Shown piece after piece: positions 43,149-52,303 of a stretch of DNA of 64,000 nt. A program made the position numbers and the translations under genes. Below the pieces are notes generated by a model. The model searched no databases and was not told where the DNA came from. It saw nothing but the letters and a program-made list of their open reading frames with translations. Within the stretch, counting starts at the first letter, position 1. Each line of letters opens with the position of its first letter. The stretch lies in contig JBAZZW010000001.1 of the NCBI GenBank assembly GCA_041658625.1, positions 761,760 to 825,759 on the forward strand, read 5' to 3'. Source of the stretch: Actinomycetota bacterium. Its GTDB lineage: Bacteria > Actinomycetota > JAHEXW01.

Positions 43149-43564
43149 AGCCGGTTTCGATTAATGAGGTTGAGCGTGTCACCCATCGACTGGCGCAAGA
43201 GAAACTGGCCTTTGACGAGCCGATTCCGGATTTATCAACGCGGTATCCCGGTATCTTGGAGAGTTGTCTAAAGACAACATTCGAGACAGTTGCCGGGGGC
43301 AAAGACCCATATCGTGGTTTGCCTAAGAAAGCGGCGATTATGTTCTATCTGATGATTAAGAATCATCCGTTTTTCAACGGGAATAAACGAGTCGCTGTGA
43401 CGACAAGGTTGACCTTCCTCGTGCTAAACGACAAATGGCTAAGGGTTACGAATGAACAGCTCTATCAACAAGCGGTTGAAGTCGCGCAAAGTAATCCCAA
43501 ATACATGGATAGTGTAGTAAAGGATACCCAAAGGTTTATCTCAGACCATCTTGCAGGTGTATGA
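43145..43564 (+). CDS. doc: death-on-curing (Doc) family Fic-fold toxin
   Basis: Doc-type motif HPFFNGNKRVAV. 139 aa. Confidence 0.85.
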   Translation: MKPVSINEVERVTHRLAQEKLAFDEPIPDLSTRYPGILESCLKTTFETVAGGKDPYRGLPKKAAIMFYLMIKNHPFFNGNKRVAVTTRLTFLVLNDKWLRVTNEQLYQQAVEVAQSNPKYMDSVVKDTQRFISDHLAGV

Positions 43565-43827
43565 GGACGGGGGCTGGATGTTTGCCTCGCAATGACGGAA
43601 ACACCCCCTCACCTTTAATCCTCTCCCTGTAGGGTAGAGGAGATTGTTTAGCACCCACCCTTTAATTCCCTCCTTGCCTGCCGGCAGTCAGGCTGCGGCA
43701 GATTTGCGGGGCGCCCCAGGATGACGCACCTCTGTATGCCTCCTGTTCTGATTTCTGTATCTGCGCAGAAACAAATACAGTGACTACCGTATTCTTGAAT
43801 ACTTGCGAATACGAGTATACTGGCGGT

Positions 43828-44745
43828 ATGGCGATTATCATTGTCTCTGATTTGCATATCGATACCTGGGACAACGGGGAAAAAACACAGGGCAAGACCA
43901 AGGCCCGGCACTTTCTGGATTTCCTGGAAGCCAAGACTCCGGAAATCGAGGCGCTATATATAGCCGGGGATCTGATGGATATGCCGCCGGTGCGAAACCA
44001 CGATGTCGTGCCTAAGGGCAGCGTCGCGGAACAAGTGATGAGCGGTCTGGTTGCCTTTGCCTCCAAGCCCGATAAAGACCTGGTCTACCTGGTCGGCAAC
44101 CACGACATCGGGATTTCCGGTTTGCGGATTAATCTTGACTTTCAGGTTCCCTGGTTGGGCAGGATGGCCATAACATATCCGCGCGTCTATATAGAAACAC
44201 CGGCCGGCGGGGTCCTGGTCGAGCACGGACATTTCTACGATCCCTCGCTAATGTTGTTCGCCGGCGACCTGATTCTCGGCACATATTACGGAGATGTTCG
44301 CGGCTTGCCGGCTTCGGACGTCTCCAGCGGTGTCATAAGGGCTCTTCAGCGCCGAGACCCTGTTACGGCCGAGAGGGTTGTAGAAGCGGGAGCGATGGAA
44401 CCGGTCGCGAAACAGCGGCCGGGATGCCGGAGCATCGGTAGAAATATGATCAACTCGGTTCAGCACTGGTTCGGTTCGACGGTCGATGTTGTTTCTCCGG
44501 AATTGTGGCGGAAAGCGGCGCCGACGGCTTTGGCTGAATATAACGATTCGGCTGACGCCGACCACCAGGCGAACACGATTATCTTCGGCCATACTCACAC
44601 GCCGGATAGCATGACCTGGGACGACATGCAGTATTTTAATAGTGGTTCATGGTCAAGCAATGGTCCGCAATCGACCTACCTGGAAATTTCCGCCGACGGC
44701 CGGATATCATCCCACGAATGGATAGAAAGTCTACAAATCCAATAA
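43828..44745 (+). CDS. calcineurin-like metallophosphoesterase
   Basis: IIVSDLHID, GDLMD, GNHD, EHGH and GHTH motifs. ATG at 43828 lies inside the tracked ORF. Confidence 0.8.
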   Translation: MAIIIVSDLHIDTWDNGEKTQGKTKARHFLDFLEAKTPEIEALYIAGDLMDMPPVRNHDVVPKGSVAEQVMSGLVAFASKPDKDLVYLVGNHDIGISGLRINLDFQVPWLGRMAITYPRVYIETPAGGVLVEHGHFYDPSLMLFAGDLILGTYYGDVRGLPASDVSSGVIRALQRRDPVTAERVVEAGAMEPVAKQRPGCRSIGRNMINSVQHWFGSTVDVVSPELWRKAAPTALAEYNDSADADHQANTIIFGHTHTPDSMTWDDMQYFNSGSWSSNGPQSTYLEISADGRISSHEWIESLQIQ

Positions 44746-44762
44746 CCGGTTTGAGTCCTCTT

Positions 44763-45140
44763 TTAGGCTTTGAGTTTTCTGGCGGAGAGAAGGTGGTCCG
44801 CTTCTCGCTCGAGGAAGAAGTTCAAGGTAACCCGGATGGCAACAGTGGCGCCAAGCAGCGAAATCTCCGTTATGGACGGAGCAATCAGGGTCCTTAGAAT
44901 GTCCGCGCCTACCAAAAACTCCAAGGCAAAGGAAAGAGATCTGCCCAAACGTAACCGGATTTCGTCGGTGGAAACCGGATCCTTCAGGTATCTTCCAAAG
45001 CCACCGACATACCGGATGGCGCTATCAATAGCGGAAATGGCGATAACCAAACCCGCGAAGATATTTAGAGCGAAAGAAATAATATGAAATATATTTTTTA
45101 CTTGCTGTTCCACAGTAAGCTCCCAAATATCAAATCTCAA
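44763..45140 (-). CDS. DUF1622-like membrane protein
   Basis: 125 aa and 3 TM. LGRSLSFALEFLVGADILRT is typical of DUF1622. Confidence 0.6.
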   Translation of the reverse strand: MRFDIWELTVEQQVKNIFHIISFALNIFAGLVIAISAIDSAIRYVGGFGRYLKDPVSTDEIRLRLGRSLSFALEFLVGADILRTLIAPSITEISLLGATVAIRVTLNFFLEREADHLLSARKLKA

Positions 45141-45186
45141 ATAGTATATCAGTCATAAAGGAACTTACGCGACCCATATAGGAACA

Positions 45187-45669
45187 CTAAGGAAACGCAG
45201 CTTCTACTTCTTGCTCGGTCGCCCCGCCGGCGATGACGTATACAAGTATCTTGCCCCTGGACCAGAAGTATTGAGTCTGCCCTCCAGGTGCGACGACATA
45301 CGCGGTCCTTCCGGCCAGCTTGATTACGCGAACACTTCCGAAGTCGCCGCCGATGCGCTGCATGGCCTTAACCATACGGTCGGTTTCGCTCCTCGCCTCT
45401 TTCGCTGTGGCGTATTCACTGAGCCAAACGGATATATCAGTTCCATAGCTTCCAATGGCCATTTCTTTAGCGTTTCGGAGCCGTCTCTGATGCAGCCTTG
45501 TACTCATTTCGGCCGCGGCTTCACCGGTTATTGTTTCCGTGAGCTCGACTGAGCCTATATTCGGCGGCAGGCTGTCGCTAAGGGCTGGGGGAGGCGGGCT
45601 TTCCGCCTTGCCACAACCGGTGATAAAGATTAATGCAAGAAAGAAGATTATCGGGAATCGTTTATTCAA
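45187..45669 (-). CDS. hypothetical lipoprotein
   Basis: Lipobox FITGC after a hydrophobic signal. No family recognised. Confidence 0.5.
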   Translation of the reverse strand: MNKRFPIIFFLALIFITGCGKAESPPPPALSDSLPPNIGSVELTETITGEAAAEMSTRLHQRRLRNAKEMAIGSYGTDISVWLSEYATAKEARSETDRMVKAMQRIGGDFGSVRVIKLAGRTAYVVAPGGQTQYFWSRGKILVYVIAGGATEQEVEAAFP

Positions 45670-45789
45670 CCTATTTACTCCTTGTTTAACCAGCGTATTA
45701 ATTGAAGTATACCCGAGCTAGTATGGCTTGGGGAATGACAGTATACTGGCGATAGTAAAATGTTGGTTGTCTAAGGAGGGGTTGGGGCT

Positions 45790-46227
45790 ATGAAAGTTTA
45801 CGCGGTGGTCGTAACTGTGGTTCTGCTCGTTTGTTTGGCGGCGGGCGGCTTGGTGATCGTTAAGCAAGGCGGCGATTTGCAGGCGATAGAGAAAAATCTT
45901 CAGACAGAACGCAGAAGGACCGGCGACGCGCAACGACAATTGAAAGATCTACAGGACGGAGTCGTCGCTATTAAGGTAACCAGCTTGGCGCTTCAAGCAG
46001 CTGTCAACGCCCCGATAATCCCCGGCGACGTAAAGATCGACCGGATTGAAGACGCCGCCGCCACCGACGCGCGGCAGAAACTGGGGGATATTACCGACCA
46101 GAAAGATAGAGAGATGGCGCTCGCGGATTGGGACGCGCTGCGTAACGGCGGCCGGGTCGTTGATTACCAATCAGTCTTGCGTTCGCTGTCCCAGAACATC
46201 ACCCGCAACCTCGAACCGAAGAAGTAA
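45790..46227 (+). CDS. hypothetical membrane-anchored protein
   Basis: N-terminal TM helix and a helical remainder. RBS-like GGAGGGG upstream. Confidence 0.45.
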   Translation: MKVYAVVVTVVLLVCLAAGGLVIVKQGGDLQAIEKNLQTERRRTGDAQRQLKDLQDGVVAIKVTSLALQAAVNAPIIPGDVKIDRIEDAAATDARQKLGDITDQKDREMALADWDALRNGGRVVDYQSVLRSLSQNITRNLEPKK

Positions 46228-46265
46228 ATATTCTAAACAGATGGGCTGTCTTTAGGAGTTGAATT

Positions 46266-46703
46266 ATGAGACAGAAGTTGATTGTTTGGTTGCTGGCTTT
46301 TTATATGGTGTTGATCGGTGGCGTAGCGTGGGCTAGCGCGCCTGTTGTCGCCACCGTCTTCTATATTCTGCTGGTGGCGCAGATACTTATTCACACCTTT
46401 TGGCTATGCCCGCGATGCGGCAACGATGAGTGCGCGATTAATCCGAAGAGTCCCTATTTTATTTTCATGGGGCGCCGGAAAGCGGCGCCGGTTGAAAAGC
46501 TGCCTGCCAGAAACATGACCTTGCCGGTCACAATGCTGGGTTTGACAATGCTCGTCGGCCTATACGCGATTTGGCTGTTAAGCCCGATCGTCAGCTATTC
46601 GTTGGCTTGGGCCGGCGCGATGTTGGTTTATGCCTATTCCAGGGTAGCCTGCAGCACCTGTCAAAACATCTGCATTATGAGTCGGCGGAAGCAGGCCGGC
46701 TAG
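46266..46703 (+). CDS. hypothetical membrane protein with Cys motifs
   Basis: 4 TM segments plus CPRCGNDEC and CSTCQNIC motifs. Confidence 0.5.
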   Translation: MRQKLIVWLLAFYMVLIGGVAWASAPVVATVFYILLVAQILIHTFWLCPRCGNDECAINPKSPYFIFMGRRKAAPVEKLPARNMTLPVTMLGLTMLVGLYAIWLLSPIVSYSLAWAGAMLVYAYSRVACSTCQNICIMSRRKQAG

Positions 46704-46806
46704 TGTTATACCAGCCTCTACATTGCACAAAACTATGTTTTGACCTAGTTTAAGAATGGTTCATTACGTGCTATAACATTGTCGAAGCTATCGATGAGGA
46801 GGAGCC

Positions 46807-47004
46807 ATGAAGTGCAAGAAGACCCCTGTTGCCAAGAAGATAAAGCCCTGTCCGCCCGAGGAGGGGCATAAATCAAAGGTTGAGAAACCCAAATCTCAAG
46901 AACGTCTTAAGTATGACCCGGGTCACAGGATGAGGGTTCGCGACCAGGACGGGCGCACTACGCACCGCGACTACGAAGACCAAGACAACCACAAACCTCA
47001 CTAA
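46807..47004 (+). CDS. small basic hypothetical protein
   Basis: 65-aa ORF with a strong GAGGAGGAG RBS 2-3 nt before the ATG. No family recognised. Confidence 0.4.
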   Translation: MKCKKTPVAKKIKPCPPEEGHKSKVEKPKSQERLKYDPGHRMRVRDQDGRTTHRDYEDQDNHKPH

Positions 47005-47012
47005 GGCAGCTG

Positions 47013-47455
47013 TCAGTCTGCCGATAGGGCGAAACGGTATTCGTCGGTGAAGTCTTGGGACTTGTTCGGGCCGTCTTTTAGATAGAACTTAACGCGCACG
47101 CTTTTATCGTCCAAGTCGATCACCAGCGGCCAGAGGGTTCTTAGCGGTAGGTCGAGCGACGGGCCTTCGGAGCTGTCCTGGCAAAAACCTCGAACCAAGT
47201 CCATTGCCTGAAATCCGTCGGCGGCTGAATACTTCCGGTCGGTATTCTCAACTAGATAAGCATTCAGCTTCCTGTAGCGATTGAATGAGTTATAAGCCTG
47301 TTCCGGACGATTCCGGCCAACGCTTCGCCGATTTCTTCATTGGTCCCCTTAACCGAGATGTGCCTGACTTCCATATAATTGTCGCCGCTTTTGGGTAGGA
47401 TGACTTCGTTCTTTAGAACGACGTTTCGGTTCGATGAATTATTGCTATCTGGCAT
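47013..47455 (-). pseudogene. possible remnant of an Ntn-hydrolase (C45/choloylglycine-hydrolase-like) gene, frameshifted
   Basis: Two short ORFs in different frames. The N-terminal piece [16 protein letters not shown] and the C-terminal piece TLWPLVIDLDDKSVRVKFYLKDGP resemble the ends of that family. The middle of the gene is missing. Confidence 0.25.
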
Positions 47456-47584
47456 GAGACTCCTTTTCTGGATAGGTTTCCTCCTAGATTACATATATAC
47501 CACTGCAAAGGAGAGAGCCCATTGTATGGAATCGGAAAAGTAAGTATAATGTAAGTAAATACGGATTTTGATGGAGGTCATAAT

Positions 47585-47866
47585 ATGAAAAGAGAAAGCG
47601 CGGTTTTGTCTTCCCGGGGCCAGCTTACCCTGCCGGCGTCGGTGCGGAAGAGCGTCAATATCAAACAGGGCGATGTTTTGAGCGTTTATGAGGTCGACGA
47701 GCGGTTCATAATTATCGAGAAGGCGCAAGCGACACCGTTGGAAGAAATCCTGACTCGCTTTGAGGAAAGCGCGCGAAAGAATAATTTGAAAGCTGACGAC
47801 GTAGTGGAGATTGTACGCGCCGCGCGCCGCACCGTCTATCGCGAGATATATGGCGCCGATTCTTAG
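47585..47866 (+). CDS. AbrB/MazE/SpoVT-family antitoxin
   Basis: LSSRGQLTLPASVRKSVNIKQGDVL motif. 93 aa. Confidence 0.8.
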   Translation: MKRESAVLSSRGQLTLPASVRKSVNIKQGDVLSVYEVDERFIIIEKAQATPLEEILTRFEESARKNNLKADDVVEIVRAARRTVYREIYGADS

Positions 47867-48293
47867 GGTTTTTGCCGATACAAATATCCTGGTTTCGGCA
47901 TTTTGGTTTAATGGACCGCAGCGTCGGCTTGTTATAGCAGCGGTTGAGGAAAGACTGACTCTTATGCTTGGACAAGTCGTAGTTCGTGAGACGCAAAGTG
48001 TTATTAAGAAGAAAACACCTGATAGGGAAGATGATCTCAGGGCTTTCCTGGAGGCTATTCCTTTCGAAACAGTCCCCCTGCCATCCAAAGCGATGGTATT
48101 GCGTCACCGGAAATATGTTACGCACGACGAGGACGCGCCGGTATTAGCGTCGGCCGTTCTAGCGGACGTAGATTATGTAGTATCCGGAGACAAGAAGTTC
48201 TCGAACAGGGCGACAAGAGAAATGGTTGAGTTGATTTCATGCTCGGAGTTGTTGCTTAGACTGCCCCCGAAGAAGAAATCGCAAAAAACCTAG
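47850..48293 (+). CDS. PIN-domain toxin (PF13470-like)
   Basis: ILRVFADTNILVSAF N-terminus and later DEDAPVLASAV, VVSGDKKF. ATG at 47850 overlaps the antitoxin by 17 nt. Confidence 0.75.
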   Translation: MAPILRVFADTNILVSAFWFNGPQRRLVIAAVEERLTLMLGQVVVRETQSVIKKKTPDREDDLRAFLEAIPFETVPLPSKAMVLRHRKYVTHDEDAPVLASAVLADVDYVVSGDKKFSNRATREMVELISCSELLLRLPPKKKSQKT

Positions 48294-50101
48294 TCTCTGT
48301 CTTTGCGGTTTTGTTTTTGGTCCAGATACAGTTTCCGGAGGCGGAGATTATGCGGGGTGACCTCTAGGAGCTCGTCGTCTTCCAGGAAGTCTAAGCATTG
48401 TTCCAGGGTCAGGATAGTCGGCGGCGTCAGCAGGATGGAGTCGTCGGAGCCGGCGGCCCGCATGTTGGTCAGCTTCTTTTCCTTGGCCACGTTGACCCAA
48501 AGGTCGTTCGTCTTTGCGTGCAGGCCGACGATCATACCCTTATAAATAGGAGTCTGCGGATTGATGAACAGGACGCCGCGTTCTTGCGTGTTGCCCAGGC
48601 CGTAAGTTACAGCTTTGCCGCTTTCCGAGGCAACCAACGCGCCGTTTCTTAACTGAACAAGGGCTGAACCTAACTTCTGATAGCGGAGGAACATTGAATT
48701 CATGACCGCGGTTCCCCTGGATTGAGTCAGCAGTTCACTACGCAAACCCAATAGCCCCCGCGTCGTAATCTCAAAAACCAAGCGGACGGTAGAGTCGGAG
48801 TTGTCTTCCTGGGATTGCAGGACACCCTTGCGGCGGCCGATTTCGCTGATGACGGCACCCGTATAGGCCGTGTCGACGTCAACGGTAAGCTCTTCAACCG
48901 GTTCGTTTTCCTGTCCGTCGATCATCTTCGTTATGACTTGGGGCTTGCCGACCTGGAACTCATATCCCTCGCGCCGAAGCGTTTCCAAAAAAACCGACAG
49001 GTGCAGCTCGCCCCGCCCGGAAACGATGAAGTTCCCAGACTCACCCATCTCCAACTTGAGAGAGACGTTGGTATCCAGTTCCCGTTCGATTCTCTGAAGG
49101 ATCTGGCGGCTGGTAACGAACTTGCCGTCCTGGCCGGCGAAAGGCGAGGTGTTGGCGGAGATGCTGATCTTTAGCGTCGGTTCCTCGATCTCGATGACCG
49201 GCAGCGCTTCGGGTTGGTTAACACAGGCCAGCGTCTCCCCGATATTGGCGTTCTTCACACCGGTCAACGAGACGATATCACCAGCCTGGGCTTTGTCTAC
49301 CGCCAACCGGTTCAAACCTTGGCTGACGTAGACCGCATCAACGCACGCTTGCTCTTCCGTGCCGTCCTTTTTCATCAGCGTTATAGTTGTGCCCGGACTG
49401 ATGCTGCCCCGAGTAATCCGGCCGATGGCGTATTTCCCCTGGTAGCTATCGCTATCCAGCGCGGCGACCAGCATCTGGAAATGTTTGTCGACCTCCGCTT
49501 GAGGCGCCGGGACATATTTCACGATCGCCTCGAAAATAGGCGTCAGATCGGCGGGCGCACTCATGTCGGCCGGCATGGTTGCCCAAGCTTTGCCCTCGCG
49601 GGCGATGGCGTAATAGACGGGGAAATCAAGGTGGTCGGGGTCGGTCGCCAGGTCGAGGAAAAGGTCGTGCGTCTTCTCGATGACCTCGTCAACCCGAGCG
49701 TCGCGCTTGTCTATCTTGTTGATGACCACGATCAACTGCAGCCCGATTTCCATGGCCTTTTTCAGCACGAACTTAGTCTGGGGCATCGGGCCTTCCTGGG
49801 CGTCGATGACCAAAATGGCGCCGTCCGCCATGTTCAGAGTGCGCTCAACCTCCCCGCCGAAGTCGGCGTGGCCGGGAGTGTCGATGATATTGATCTTAGT
49901 GTCCTTATAGATAACGGCAGTGTTTTTGGCAAGGATGGTTATACCGCGCTCCTTTTCCTGGTCATTAGAGTCCATGATCAGGGTTTGCGTGAACGCGGCT
50001 TCGTTTTCCCGGAATGTTTTTGATTGCTTCAGAAGACCGTCTACGAGAGTAGTCTTACCGTGGTCGACGTGGGCGATAATGGCAACATTGCGAAGATTCA
50101 T
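48290..50101 (-). CDS. typA: translational GTPase TypA/BipA
   Basis: AIIAHVDHGKTTLVD, DTPGHADFGGEV and NKID motifs. 603 aa with the EF-G-like domain order. Confidence 0.95.
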   Translation of the reverse strand: MNLRNVAIIAHVDHGKTTLVDGLLKQSKTFRENEAAFTQTLIMDSNDQEKERGITILAKNTAVIYKDTKINIIDTPGHADFGGEVERTLNMADGAILVIDAQEGPMPQTKFVLKKAMEIGLQLIVVINKIDKRDARVDEVIEKTHDLFLDLATDPDHLDFPVYYAIAREGKAWATMPADMSAPADLTPIFEAIVKYVPAPQAEVDKHFQMLVAALDSDSYQGKYAIGRITRGSISPGTTITLMKKDGTEEQACVDAVYVSQGLNRLAVDKAQAGDIVSLTGVKNANIGETLACVNQPEALPVIEIEEPTLKISISANTSPFAGQDGKFVTSRQILQRIERELDTNVSLKLEMGESGNFIVSGRGELHLSVFLETLRREGYEFQVGKPQVITKMIDGQENEPVEELTVDVDTAYTGAVISEIGRRKGVLQSQEDNSDSTVRLVFEITTRGLLGLRSELLTQSRGTAVMNSMFLRYQKLGSALVQLRNGALVASESGKAVTYGLGNTQERGVLFINPQTPIYKGMIVGLHAKTNDLWVNVAKEKKLTNMRAAGSDDSILLTPPTILTLEQCLDFLEDDELLEVTPHNLRLRKLYLDQKQNRKDRD

Positions 50102-50231
50102 AGATGTTTGATGCTACGGGAGATTCGCCGAAATAGCAAATCAGACTGGATGTCCGGCACAAAAAGAAAACAGCCCCGGGAGGGATGAACCTCTCCAGGG
50201 GCCGTTTGTCTTTAACAGATAAAGCTAACGC

Positions 50232-50540
50232 TTAGTAGCGCTTGCTGCCGTATCCGCCGCCGTAGCTACGGTTATTGGACGACGTACGCTCTTCGCGAGG
50301 CTTGGCCTCGTTAACGTTGAGCTTACGACCGTCAAGCTCCGTCTCGTTCAACGCCGAGATAGCCGCTGCCGCCGCCTCTTCGCTGCCCATTTCAATGAAC
50401 GCGAAGCCCTTGCTGCGACCGGTCTGACGGTCCATTACCAGGTCCGCCGACGCGACTACACCGCTGGCCGAGAAAAGCTCTTTAAGCTGATCGGCAGTTG
50501 TGTCGTAGGAAAGGTTTCCCACATACAGTCTAGTTCCCAT
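50232..50540 (-). CDS. RRM-type RNA-binding protein
   Basis: MGTRLYVGNLSYDTT..., KGFAFIEM. About 85% identical by eye to the 28291-28599 product. Confidence 0.9.
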   Translation of the reverse strand: MGTRLYVGNLSYDTTADQLKELFSASGVVASADLVMDRQTGRSKGFAFIEMGSEEAAAAAISALNETELDGRKLNVNEAKPREERTSSNNRSYGGGYGSKRY

Positions 50541-50764
50541 ACTCTTTTCCTCCCTTCACAGTCATTGCCTTCGGATGAAGGCGGAGGCTAGTCAAAGGAA
50601 CCAGGGGTCTGCGGACGAGGAAAAATCTCTGCGTGCTCAACCAAAAGCTCAATCGAAAAACCTACTATTTAAGTATAACACACAATGCACATGATAGTTA
50701 CAAGTCAATCCAGGCGTCTTCGTAAAAGTGGCTTAGGGCCGACCGGCCCTCAGGAAAGCTACAT

Positions 50765-50968
50765 TCAGCAACCGGGTTCGCCGGGGTGGTCACAGCAATT
50801 TTGACGCAACCGGATTCTGCGCCATAGGTTCGAGAATATAAGCTTTAATTTCTTACCGAGCGACATTGGCTGGCGAATATTACGCCAAAAGGCGCCAGGA
50901 TCGGGATTAGCATGCTGGTGCAAGGCCGGCTCCCTTCTCTCCTCTATGATAATCAATGTTGCCGGCAA
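50765..50968 (-). CDS. small Cys-rich hypothetical protein
   Basis: 67-aa ORF ending NCCDHPGEPGC. Coding status uncertain. Confidence 0.3.
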   Translation of the reverse strand: MPATLIIIEERREPALHQHANPDPGAFWRNIRQPMSLGKKLKLIFSNLWRRIRLRQNCCDHPGEPGC

Positions 50969-50985
50969 AGGGCTATACTGACGAT

Positions 50986-51666
50986 ATGGGCAATATGACG
51001 TTTGAAGAAGCCATGGACAGATTGAAGGCGAAAGCCAGGCCCGACCAGCTGGAGGGCATGGCTAGGTTCGGGATAACCGGCGCCGGCCGGCTGGGCTTGT
51101 CCATGCCCGACATTCGCCAGCTGGCCAAGGAGATCCGCAAGAATCATGATCTGGCGCTCAAACTTTGGGTTACGAAGGTCCCGGACGCAATGATTCTGGC
51201 GGCAATCGCGGACGACCCCGCTCAAATGACCAAAGAGCAACTGGAATCGTGGGTCGTAGATATTAATGCCTGGGACGTTTGCGACCAATTATGTATGACA
51301 ATGGATAAACTCCCCTTCGCTCCTGAGCTGGTCAGGGAATGGTCGACCAGAGACGAAGAGTTCGTCAAGCGAGCCGCCTTTGCTTTGATCGCCTGCCTGG
51401 CCTGGCACGCCAAACAAGCCCCCGACAAAGACTTCATAGGTTACCTGAAGATTATCAAGGCTGGGGCGACCGACGAGAGAAACTTCGTTAAGAAGGCTGT
51501 TAACTGGGCGCTGAGAAACATCGGCAAGAGGAACGCCGCTCTCAATAAAGAGGCCTTGAAAGCGGCCAGGGAAATTCAGAAGATAGATTCAAAAGCAGCG
51601 CGGTGGATTGCCGCGGACGCGATTCGGGAACTGGAAAGCGATAAGATTCAAGTCAGACTGGCTTAA
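50986..51666 (+). CDS. DNA alkylation repair (AlkD-like HEAT-repeat) protein
   Basis: MARFGITG..LGLSMPDIRQLAKEI..NHDLALKLW...WVVDINAWDVCDQ...VKKAVNWALRNIGKR is typical of the DNA_alkylation family. Confidence 0.8.
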   Translation: MGNMTFEEAMDRLKAKARPDQLEGMARFGITGAGRLGLSMPDIRQLAKEIRKNHDLALKLWVTKVPDAMILAAIADDPAQMTKEQLESWVVDINAWDVCDQLCMTMDKLPFAPELVREWSTRDEEFVKRAAFALIACLAWHAKQAPDKDFIGYLKIIKAGATDERNFVKKAVNWALRNIGKRNAALNKEALKAAREIQKIDSKAARWIAADAIRELESDKIQVRLA

Positions 51667-51694
51667 AGCGGCGCGGCCGCGAAAGGTGTTAGTT

Positions 51695-52294
51695 ATGAAA
51701 AAGGCGATGATGGCGTTATGCGTTCTTATGGTCGGGGTCGTTGTTCTGTTCGGCTGCTCGAAGCAGACCGGTAGCGAGGAGACGACCGGAACAACCGAAA
51801 AGGGGGCTGAGAAGACGATGTTTGAGTTAAAGAGCGAGGCTTTTACCAACAGGTCCGCCTTGCCCATCAAATACGCCAAGTCCAACGTGACGGGCGGACA
51901 GAATGTGAGCGTTCCGCTGTCTTGGTCCGGCGCTCCGAGCGGCACCAAGGCGTTCGCTTTGGTTATGGTGGACCGCAATCCCATGGCCGACAACTGGATT
52001 CACTGGGCGGTCGTCAGCATACCGGCAACCGCAACATCGATTCCGGAAGGAGCATCCGGAACGGAGAAGATGCCGACAGGCGCACAGGAGCTTAACAACA
52101 CTTTCGGAGACAAGGGCTATGGAGGGCCTACGCCGCCGGCGGGGACCGGAACTCATGAATATGAGTTCATTCTGTATGCCTTAATCAACGATAATATTGA
52201 GGTGCCGGCGACACCTTCTCTAGCCGTGTTCGAGGCGGCTGTAGACCCAGCCGCGATCGCCAGCGCCAAAATCTCAGGAATGATGGAACGGTAA
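51695..52294 (+). CDS. YbhB/YbcL (PEBP/Raf-kinase-inhibitor-like) lipoprotein
   Basis: Lipobox LFGC. VMVDRNP..WIHW and YGGPTPPAGTGTHEYEFILYAL motifs. Confidence 0.85.
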   Translation: MKKAMMALCVLMVGVVVLFGCSKQTGSEETTGTTEKGAEKTMFELKSEAFTNRSALPIKYAKSNVTGGQNVSVPLSWSGAPSGTKAFALVMVDRNPMADNWIHWAVVSIPATATSIPEGASGTEKMPTGAQELNNTFGDKGYGGPTPPAGTGTHEYEFILYALINDNIEVPATPSLAVFEAAVDPAAIASAKISGMMER

Positions 52295-52303
52295 GGAGGC
52301 GAA

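Noticed and set aside
28600-43600. Considered whether the accessory block is a prophage or an integrative element.
   Set aside because: I could recognise no integrase, recombinase, capsid, terminase, tail or conjugation genes, and no flanking tRNA. The only mobility gene is the RAYT-like transposase. It is treated as a mosaic genomic island instead.
43648-44066. Minus-strand ORFs of 87 and 134 aa between Doc and the metallophosphoesterase.
   Set aside because: They overlap repeat DNA and the antisense strand of the phosphoesterase N-terminus. No motifs and no RBS.
50765-50968. Whether the small Cys-rich ORF (C-terminal NCCDHPGEPGC) is a metal-binding peptide or a RiPP precursor.
   Set aside because: There are no adjacent maturation or transport genes. 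It overlaps the start region of the AlkD-like gene on the opposite strand and has no convincing RBS. It is kept only as a low-confidence CDS.
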